Assembly: GCA_051362555.1 (NCBI GenBank)
Contig: CM120642.1
Location: forward strand, 30,256,001-30,320,000
Direction of reading: 5' to 3'
From: Lingula anatina
Taxonomy: Eukaryota > Animalia > Brachiopoda
Length of the DNA stretch: 64,000 nucleotides
Shown: piece after piece, positions 1 through 9,335 of the stretch
How positions within the stretch are numbered: position 1 is the first letter of the stretch
Layout of the letters: each line of letters opens with the position of its first letter
Made by a program: the position numbers and the translations under genes
The notes under the pieces: model-generated
The model's database searches: none
The model's input: the letters and a program-made list of their open reading frames with translations, nothing else
What the model was told of the DNA's origin: nothing

Positions 1-231
1 CCTAATCTGTCCGTATTAGTTACAGACTGGGGACCATTTTGGAAATAATCGCCACTATATAAGCATTTCATATCGAAATAACTTGACACAAGCATTTGTA
101 ATATCTAATATAAACTTTGTAACGTATTTATCAGATCTGTGTATTTATCTGGTTCCCCTAAGATCATTTCACTGGTGGTCTTGCACTACCTTGATAGGTG
201 CTGCAATAATCACTGTAAAGAATTGGCTGAA

Positions 232-265
<34 letters not shown>

Positions 266-797
266 GGGAGGCGCATGTAATGTTTTCTTACTTAAAAAAC
301 AGGTCGAATACCAAGATTTGCAACATAATTTAGCTTTAAATATTGACAACCGTTGCACTATTTCAAGAAAATATCTCTCACAGCACTAAATCATGTAGCA
401 ATGAGCGATATAACGAATTCTTTTACAGGATAAATAAACTTATATTGCCGTTATAAATTGCACACCCGGCGGCGTCATGTAATGCGAAAAAAGGGAGTGC
501 AAATATCAAGGAAAGCGCAGTTTTAAAACCTCAATTTCAATTTTGAGAGACACTGCCGAATCCTTTTGTGCACCTTTTAACTGTTGAAATAAATGACGTT
601 TTTCGCTTTTTTCAGACATTAGTCGCTCTGTTGGAGACATTATACATGTATGTTGAATGAAAGTATTTTAAGATTGCTATACAAACAAAAAAAATATAAA
701 ATACAATCATACATCGATCTTAAAATGTAATTGCAATTTAGAAACCTGCAAGCTATTAAAAAGGAGATATCTTTGGACCTCTTCCACCCCCACTCCC

Positions 798-802
798 CCA
801 CC

Positions 803-834
<32 letters not shown>

Positions 835-838
835 CACC

Positions 839-870
<32 letters not shown>

Positions 871-890
871 CACCAACACCACCACACACA
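798..890. repeat. compound (ACC)n/(AAC)n microsatellite
   Basis: seen directly; explains the poly-T/N and poly-V/L/G ORFs. Confidence 0.9.
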
Positions 891-1520
891 CATATCCATT
901 CACATTCTCTCGTACAACATTTCCATTGCTCTTGGGAGATCATAAATGCCTTCCCTTATCAACCCTTACAACATTGTCAGTATGTACACAGCAGATTACC
1001 ACTGGCCTGGGTTTACATAGAGGCTATGTACTCCTGCTGGCTTACAACCATGGGAGAGAGAACAGCGCCAGTATTAAGACGTATTTTTAGTTAACTTGGG
1101 CCCGTTTTACTGAGTGAGATAGTGTTAGTACGATTTTTTTCACCGCAGGAGACTATTACCGATACACGACTTGCCTCAGAAGTCGTGCCGATGTGCGGAG
1201 CGATAAAGAATTTATGCTTATGGTTACACATTGTACCCGAGCGAACTCAGTGATGGTACGTTGAAAGTTAGACCGTCGCAACTGGACTAGAAATGAAACT
1301 GTATACTTCCGCTTCCCGGACATTAGGCATCATCGCAGCACACGGCTGTACGTGGTGTAGTTAAACCAGCCAGGATTTAAGTCAATATTGCACATGAATT
1401 ATTACTGGTGCTTTAAAGTGTGGCAAGGCTCATCACTTCAAAGTTAACTCGCACGGGTATATAATATATAACAATAATTTAAAGTGTGCTATTGCTGCAA
1501 CGCACGCAGCTCTATCGAAT

Positions 1521-1657
1521 ATGGTTCAGCTATCGAACGTGAAAAGTTCGTCTGCTGGAGTGGTGTTAGTGACCCTGCTTCTGAAGGTGTTAATGAACTG
1601 TGAATTCACCAAGGCGGCTGCGTTTCCAGAGGACGCTATGTCAGGACATTACCTCAG
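1521..1657 (+). CDS. NAGPA: NAGPA exon 1 (signal-peptide-like)
   Basis: MVQLSNVKSSSAGVVLVTLLLKVLMNCEFTKAAAFPEDAMSGHYL; donor AG|gtaagt; phase 2 matches exon 2. Confidence 0.7.
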
Positions 1658-2730
1658 GTAAGTTTTACCCTCTTCCAGGGTCACAGATACATTTTTCACT
1701 AGAAATTCACAGATATCTACATGTATGACACAATTCTATGACGTGAGAAAAGTGTACGTAATTTATCTGCGTCCTTGGTAGAGGGAAGGTAAGTCCTGGT
1801 ACTTCGAATTTTGGTGTCTGGAAATGTTTTTATTTTTCTGACAAAAGCGAGACAGTGTTGACAAATGTTTCATTTTGGGGCTGATATTCTAATATTTTGG
1901 TGAGTCTGCACTTAGAACTTTGGACTCGGGACGTGTCGTGTATACGAGCTCCCTTCGTCTGAGATTACATATGTAAAACCGATGTATGAACAATAGCCGT
2001 GGCATGACACGAGATGTTGACTTTTCATAGCTGTCTGTCAGGAAGAGCAATAAAATGTGCATGCCATTTTAAGGTATCTCTGATTTTCTCTCTCTCTCTC
2101 TCTCTTTCTCTCTCACACGCACGCACACATAGGCCTACACACGCACGCGTGAGCAAGCACATATACACACATGCATACACACACACACACTCATACACAT
2201 CCGCGAGCATGAACACGTGCAAGCGTAAATACACTTTAAAATTGATCGCTCGTTTATACACTTATATACAATGTCCATCTGGCTTCACACACTCACGAAT
2301 ACAAACACGAACGCACATGCAAACGACACAGAACACAGCCATATAGTTGCATGTACATGTATAGCCAGTCGCGAGTCCTATTTTGAGGGTAAGCGTGCAC
2401 CCGTATCCGCATGCTATTCCATTTTAACTCTCTCCACAAACCAGCTCTAACTAATAACTACAACAAGTTGAACTCGACCTTGTAGTAGTGGTTTTGTGCA
2501 AGTTAGGATAATACTTCTTTTTACTTCAGCAGTGCTAAAAGCTATTTTCTCAATTATAATGTTTTCTCGGTTTGCTTGATTGATGTATGTGCAAATAGAT
2601 CAGAATTACAGTAGGTTTTGTATAGTGTATTATAACGTTTCCCCAAAGCCGATTTTCCCGTTATCTTATCCGAAGTTAACCTAAGGAGTCGGCCCGTGAG
2701 AAAATCATCTACTTTTCTTACAAATAAACA

Positions 2731-2796
<66 letters not shown>

Positions 2797-4574
2797 TACA
2801 CATACACACACACACACACACCTTTCTCCTTAACATCTTATGAAAGCCAGCTTCACTTGCCATTAGCCAAAGCTAGACAGGTAAACAGATGCAAATTTTT
2901 GTCGTACTAATGCCCACAGCAATTTTTAATCTTCTGTACACGTTGGCAGCCTAAAAGGTTTACATAAAAAAGACACGACGTTGGACTGAAAAACGGAGGT
3001 GAGGCTTTAGTCATCGTACCAGTGACCGTATTCAACTCATAAACGTAAAACTTCTTCAAAGAGATACAATAGTCAGGTGAAACTTGGAGCAAAACGTACA
3101 GTTAAATATCACTTTATATTTTCTAACTCTTTTTGAATTCATGTACAGATTTTCAGACTCACCGCTAGACGAAGATGATATTTTACAACCCTACCTACAT
3201 CGCCACGGTCCACGTCATCCACATCGTTACGTCAGGGAATGTCAGCCAATCAAATACGGTAACGTCACACATGAGACCAAACCAGCGCTGAATGACAATT
3301 CCCTACCACTCATAGATGTCAAATATTTTGTAAACCAGTTCTGGAATAGGACAACGTTTGGACACGTGGCATATATCAACAATGCCGCAGAAACAGTCGC
3401 GGTTCTGGAGCCAGGTCGTCCTGGCACGTGCTCACTGGCGTCTGGGGAAAGAGCCACCGTCAAGACGTCTGCGCGCCAGAAGAACTGTATTTACGCAGTG
3501 AACGCTGGCTTCTTTAATACCACAAATGGAGGCTGTTACGGTGCGCCATAAAGTTGCTATTTTATTTTGTTTTCACACAATATAAATGATCAGATGTTTA
3601 GAATAGTTCTACTTTGTAGTCAAGCTTTGCATTGCAGCATCGAAAAAATGTATGTTTTTGCTTTTTTCCAGAGCGCCACATTCCATTTAAAATATCCGCA
3701 AGGAACAAAACAACCTTCTCTGATGCCCAAAAATATCTTCCCTTTCCTAATATGCTGTAGCAGAACAATAATTTACCAGAGCAGCCTTCCACTTTGATTA
3801 CTGTTTCTTCATGAGACATATCTGTTGAAAGTTTACTCACAGACATTCTGTTTCTGGTTTTGTCTTCCCCAGGTAACGTGATAACAGACGGAAAGTTGCG
3901 GGTAAACACAGGCGGCATACAAAACGCGCACTTTGGGATAAGGAAGGACGGGAGTTTGTATGTTGGGTGAGGTACCTAGTACACACACTAGCTTAGAGTA
4001 TGGATGTTTCTTATCGGCAATATCACTATTTCAATATCAAGTTGTATGATCCAAATTAAGATTAGATATGTATAGATTTGAATTGACCCTTGATTTTAAG
4101 ACACCTTTAATGGTAACGTAGATCAGGAGCCACTGGTATCAACGATATTGATCCATTGAAAAATAAATATTCGTAATTTTCCTTAGAAACCCTCAAAAAT
4201 CTATTTGCTTTTGCTTTAAGATAACGATACGACGCAGTCAGGCTATCAGAAAATGGATTCTTTATAAGACTCCTTAGTTATCACATTTTTACTCTTTTAT
4301 ACAATGTGCTGTTTATTTATTTATTTTTTTATTTTTTTATTTTTTTGTAAGAACTGTATTGTCGACCCCTAATGTTTTTACTCTTCTTTAATTCAAAAAA
4401 ATTTATAGAAAACTGTTGTATTGCATGATGCAGTTATATAACAGAAGAGGAAGTGACAAGCGGCGAGTTTTCACAGTTAGTGGGCGGGGTCTTGTGGATC
4501 GTCCGAGACGGAGAGGTTTACATCAACGACAGCTTGAAAGCTGAATGTTCGGATGTGCAGGAAACGGGTATGCT

Positions 4575-4638
<64 letters not shown>

Positions 4639-6520
4639 GCACATGCACACGCGTGCATATGTACACGCTTGGGCGAACGAATACAAGCATTGAACTGTTG
4701 TGAGCACGCTCACATACACCTGCGTACATAGACCAAAAGAAGCAGAGAGCAGGCAGAGTCTGGAAGAAAAATGAATTCTATTCTGAAATGCACATTCCAA
4801 AACAATTTTTAAAATATGTGGATACCATTAATCTCAGTAAAATCGTTTTAAGTGCGACAACACATTTGCGCACTAGACGAAGAAATTGAATTTGTGGTTG
4901 AACATACGTTGCCTTAAATCTCTAGCTCAGGCACATGCTATTTCAACGTTTTAATTTTTAGATATTACCAATTTTTTTTAACAACTTATTATGGCAATAA
5001 TTTATATTGTGACTGCTGGTGCCTAATAAAGATCCTTATATTCTTTAGAACCGCACGCACTAATGGGTCGAACTCTCCGAGTAATTAAAAACATTTTTAT
5101 ATAAATCTAATCAATTGTTGCTGTATAATTTATTTCACTGTTCTTTTTTTCAGGTACTTTGTTGAAGTTTGTCAATGTGTTGTCGGCCAGGACTGCTGTT
5201 GGTTACGACGCGACTGGAAGAGCAATGATCGTGCAAATAGACGGGAGGACTCTTCATCGAGGGTATACGCATCTACTTCCTGCTTCAAGTCGACGTCTTG
5301 ATTAAGATTTGTCTTCCAAACCTGAATAACCTTGGCCATTTTTTAGCCATGCGCACATAGCCGTGTCTCTTACCTGTGTTCGCTTATGTTTTAAAATGTG
5401 TTTCTTTTGTCTTTTAATACACTAATCTTCTCAAGAAAACTTTTTTCTACACCAATTTGCTTTTCTCTGTCACACCTCAGTATGTGGTTGCTTCACATTT
5501 CTATTTACTTGATTTGTGACATTTTACCTCCTCCTCAATTTCACACCACGTGATTATTCATTAATGTTTATCATTCGTTTCGAATACATTCTTCTTCTTT
5601 TTCGTCAATAAGTTGCTCCGTGTTACAAATCTCAATAAAAAAGACGTTTTAAAAATCCGCCATCCCACATTCCAGCGCCACTCTCTGGGAGTTCGCCGAG
5701 TTCCTGATCCGGTTGGGAATGGTGAACGCAATCAACCTGGATGGCGGCGGCTCAACTACCACAGTGATCAACGGCACTGTTGCCAATTATCCCACAGATA
5801 GATGGTAAGGCCGCTTCCATTATTATGGCGCATTTGATTTACTTTAAATTAGTCCACACATTAAAAACATGGATACATACATTAATGGGTTTTAAATGAA
5901 CTGGTAATGAATTTATGAGCTTTAAAATCTATAGATCTTCTTTCAGGTTTTGACATCTATTTCCATTTGCTCCTCTCTCATCATGTTCAGCTGAAAATCA
6001 ATATCTTTAAATTTATTATCCATAATGATAATTCTTCATCAATAGAGGTTTCTTTTCTTAAACTAGCGGGGAATTTACTTGTGCAAGGAAGGTATCAACG
6101 GCAGTGTGCGTCTTCGACCCCAACCAACAAACCTCGGGAAGCATTTGTATACACACGTGTGTAACAGAAACTCTTTTATCTATCTAAACTGCGAAAAATG
6201 ATAAAGAATGAAAATAAAGAGAATAAAAAGACAAAATAATGTACAATAATAATAACAATAATCATAGGCAATGTGAAATAAAATAATTATTTTGGATAAA
6301 AAGTTTCTTTTTGGCTTCTTTATATTTTTTATACTTTGGCAAACTAAATCAATAATTTGGTAGCTCATACGCGATCTGTTAGATATGACTCTATAAGCTA
6401 TATATGTAATGTTAACATAAATGCGACTTCGTTTTACATTACAGATTCAGCATATTCGACATTGTTACCATGGTAACCGTTGCCTTTCTTCTCAGCAGAG
6501 GACAAGGAGGCGTTCAATGA
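1521..6520 (+). CDS. NAGPA: N-acetylglucosamine-1-phosphodiester alpha-N-acetylglucosaminidase (uncovering enzyme), multi-exon gene, ~386 aa
   Basis: join(1521..1657,3149..3540,3873..3966,4434..4567,5154..5262,5676..5804,6067..6156,6445..6520). All introns are GT-AG and phases are consistent (1161 nt). The translation carries NAGPA motifs: RYVR|EC furin-like site, AVNAGFF, GGIQNAHFGIRKDG, KFVNVLSARTAVG, VNAINLDGGGS, CARKVSTAVCV. The first and last exons are less certain. Confidence 0.9.
1668..1785. mobile_element. small (~120 bp) MITE, family with CCCTCTACCAGGG-type TIRs
   Basis: ccctcttccaggg ... ccttggtagaggg; related copies at 10685-10805 and 57987-58105. Confidence 0.55.
2735..2821. repeat. 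(CT)n(CA)n microsatellite
   Basis: seen directly; similar tracts at ~4575-4638, 22329-22392 and 47087-47152. Confidence 0.9.
3149..3540 (+). CDS. NAGPA: NAGPA exon 2
   Basis: acceptor tacag|; FSDSPLDEDDILQPY...RYVRECQP...VAVLEPGRPGTC...CIYAVNAGFFNTTNGGCY; donor G|gtgcgc. Confidence 0.9.
3873..3966 (+). CDS. NAGPA: NAGPA exon 3
   Basis: ttccccag|; GNVITDGKLRVNTGGIQNAHFGIRKDGSLYVG; |gtgagg. Confidence 0.92.
4434..4567 (+). CDS. NAGPA: NAGPA exon 4
   Basis: tgcag|; YITEEEVTSGEFSQLVGGVLWIVRDGEVYINDSLKAECSDVQET; |gtatgc. Confidence 0.92.
5154..5262 (+). CDS. NAGPA: NAGPA exon 5
   Basis: ttttcag|; GTLLKFVNVLSARTAVGYDATGRAMIVQIDGRTLHRG; |gtatac. Confidence 0.92.
5676..5804 (+). CDS. NAGPA: NAGPA exon 6 (NLDGGGS motif)
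   Basis: ttccag|; ATLWEFAEFLIRLGMVNAINLDGGGSTTTVINGTVANYPTDR; |gtaagg. Confidence 0.93.
6067..6156 (+). CDS. NAGPA: NAGPA exon 7 (may instead read through to TAA at 6187)
   Basis: aactag|; CGEFTCARKVSTAVCVFDPNQQTSGSICIH; putative donor AC|gtgtgt. Confidence 0.75.
6445..6520 (+). CDS. NAGPA: putative NAGPA terminal exon encoding a short hydrophobic tail
   Basis: ttttacattacag|; phase-compatible; FSIFDIVTMVTVAFLLSRGQGGVQ*. Confidence 0.5.
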
Positions 6521-7073
6521 AGATGTCATACCAAGGGCATGATGTAGGGCATGTGTCGTTGACAAAAATTAAAATGTAAACATTAAAAATCTGAGTAAAT
6601 GTTCAAATATTTTGTCTTACATTGGTAGTAATTGATGTTGATAGCGTACACACTACTATTGGACTTAGTCTACTCTGTATACCAGTAGGCAAATCTAACA
6701 TCTGTTAGACTGACAGATATTCAAGTTGATTTTATTAAATTTTAAGGTTTTTAGCAAAGGCATATATTAAGTAATTGAGATGATTTCTGAATGTCTGAAG
6801 ATAGTATTGTCTTTTATTGTATTGTCTTGTATTGTATTATATTGTACATGCACTTGTTCATGTGTCTATTTGGCTCAAGATTTTGAGTGAATTTTTAATT
6901 TCTTTAGATATTCAAAATGTGTATGTGAACCTCAATTCAGGCAATAAATGAAACACATTACTGAAAGAATTACAAATTAAGATGATTATTTCATGCAATA
7001 TTTGAATACATATCAGATAAAAACACTGCTGCAATGAAAAGTATGTGTGAACAGTAGAAACACTGGTGGCAGC

Positions 7074-7079
7074 TTTATT
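7074..7079 (-). terminator. candidate polyadenylation signal (AATAAA) of stomatin gene 1
   Basis: tttatt on +; GT-rich sequence follows on the - strand; implies a ~2 kb 3'UTR. Confidence 0.45.
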
Positions 7080-8303
7080 TACAACACCTATTAACAGAAA
7101 CAACATTTATTACAAATACCACCTCAGTACCAGTTGTTGTTTTTTTATTTTTGTTTTTAAACTGTTCATCAATTTTCTCTACATTTTTAAAGATACAGTT
7201 TAAGCTCTTGATTAACATGAATTGTAGGCGAGATGCCAAGAACAATTTTTCTAGATCTGAACCAAATACCCTGATAAGTACCAAGCATAGAAACTTAATA
7301 AGATATATTTCCAGTAAATTGTTCAATAAAATAGCAAGATAAAAAAGACAATGAAAAACATTTAATACATCCAAGTACTTGTCATTAAATTCATATTTCT
7401 TTCCTTATACAGATCCTCATTATTTTCAACAACTCAAAATTAAAGTGAACCCTGGCTTTAGCAGGAGACAGAAAGCAAATAAAATATTCTAAGCCTTCTT
7501 TTTCCCATTCCTGATATTGACTGAATTGCACACCTTAATACTTTAAAACAAGAAGACTAACAATAGTTTGTCACAACAAATCCACCACCATAGCAGGGAT
7601 TATAAACAACCAGTATCAGTAAAGATGACTGGGACAGGACAGTCAGCCGATTATACACATAACTGACAGCACATTTCTCCTGCTGTGAAAATATCTTCAT
7701 TCAAACTAAGTGACATTACTACAGTACCTCGCTTACTTTTTTGACTTGGTCACAGGAGCAAGAGAAAATTGGGATGTAACTAGTATTATACACTTTGTAG
7801 TCTTTGACTTTACTTATACAACTTGAGACAGGGGAGAAGTCTTGGAAAGGCGGGGTTCACCCATTTTGGTGCTCAACCACAATATTTATGACACTTAAAA
7901 TTAAAAATACAAGCATATGATTTTAAACATAAAGATTCTTGTTCGAATTTAGTCACTGTAACTTTTTTAATAAGAACTCAAGACCTACTAAAGAGCATAT
8001 AAAACTTTCACTTGTGCAAATACATTAACATACTTGACAAGGCTGTCTTAATACATTAAGTCATATTGTACTCGCACAAAATGTTTGAATCTGGCTGCAT
8101 TTTGATTTGACAAAAAACAACAACAATAAAAAAGATTCATTTTATCAATAATTTATCTAAAAAGTTCAGATTTCACTTTACACATTATTTGATACAATAA
8201 ATTTGTGGCAGTCAAAGTAGTCTAGGATTCTAGATACTAATTAACTTTCACCTAAATATTTTACCCCTATAAATGACAAGAAGACGATTACTACTATTGC
8301 ACA

Positions 8304-8487
8304 CAAGCCCGTAGCCAGCAATTTCAAAGGTGGCCAGTGGGGAGGGGAAACTTTTTCTAAAAATGTGGACCTTTAACCATGTAACCTTCGTGTACCTAAG
8401 TATATCAAATTTTACTAACAGCTGACCCATTTCCCAGGAAAAAGGGTGGTTCGTTTAAATTACCCCCCCTCTCCAGCTACGGGGCTG
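8304..8487. mobile_element. hAT-like MITE with 5-bp TSD in the 3'UTR of stomatin gene 1
   Basis: termini caagcccgtagc / gctacggggctg; TSD gcaca at 8299-8303 and 8488-8492. Confidence 0.65.
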
Positions 8488-9125
8488 GCACAAGAGGTTA
8501 CAAGGTGTTTGAAAGAGGTGCAAATTTTACATCTAAAAAATACATATTCTGTACAAACATTCGTATACAGATTCAAAAATGTTAACAGGTACGTATTTAG
8601 TATGCATAAGAATTTTCGGATTTCTTTTTTGGTAAACGTCTGTACCCTCATATCAAACTGTTAATCTGTATATCAATGCTGGAATATTATATTATCTGTA
8701 TAAAGCAACCATATATACTAGCCAATTATGCAATATATAATACAAAACATCTAAAAAGTAACTATTCTATATGGATTAATGTACACATATTTTTAGAAAT
8801 GACACTTATTTGCCACAAATTCAGACCACCCTCACCCCCCAATTCTAGAAAAAATCAGTTGCTCTTTTATGGAAAATACAGATGGCTGCCCAAGGTGATA
8901 CCAGGTCCCTCATCAAGTGCCCTTTGAAAAAAAATTTCTTATTCATACAAGTTTGATTTTGTATCCCCCCCCCCCCCCCCCCAAAAAAAAGGTCTATGAT
9001 TTGGCAAAACAAGATGAGGTTTCTGTATATAACATTACAATGCACTATCTAGGGTTTCTAGTGTAGGCATACATAAAAGAAGAACGTTATGAAGATAACA
9101 AATTACAAAAATGTCTCATTTTTTT

Positions 9126-9335
9126 CTATAATTGAGCACTCTGAGTTGACCCTGGCAATAAACCTCTCATCATCTCCATTGGCAGCGGGAAAATAATTGT
9201 TGAATTTTTCTCGGCCGAGATTGTGTTCAGGGTCTGAAGATAGCGCAGCTGGAGGGCTGATGGTGACTCTGCGATAACGTCGGCAGCCTCCTTCAAGGCA
9301 CGAGCAGCCTTCTGTTCTCCCTCTGCTGCGATAAC
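9126..9335 (-). CDS. stomatin paralog 1 last exon
   Basis: ttcag|[69 protein letters not shown]. Confidence 0.95.
   Translation of the reverse strand, partial: VIAAEGEQKAARALKEAADVIAESPSALQLRYLQTLNTISAEKNSTIIFPLPMEMMRGLLPGSTQSAQL

Noticed and set aside
640-1090. ORFs with poly-Thr/Asn or poly-Val/Leu/Gly runs
   Set aside because: They are translations of the (ACC)n/(AAC)n microsatellite; no splice or homology support.
5263-5270. Donor gtatacgc as a possible U12-type intron
   Set aside because: It does not match the GTATCCTT consensus and no TCCTTAAC branch site is evident; treated as a weak U2 donor.
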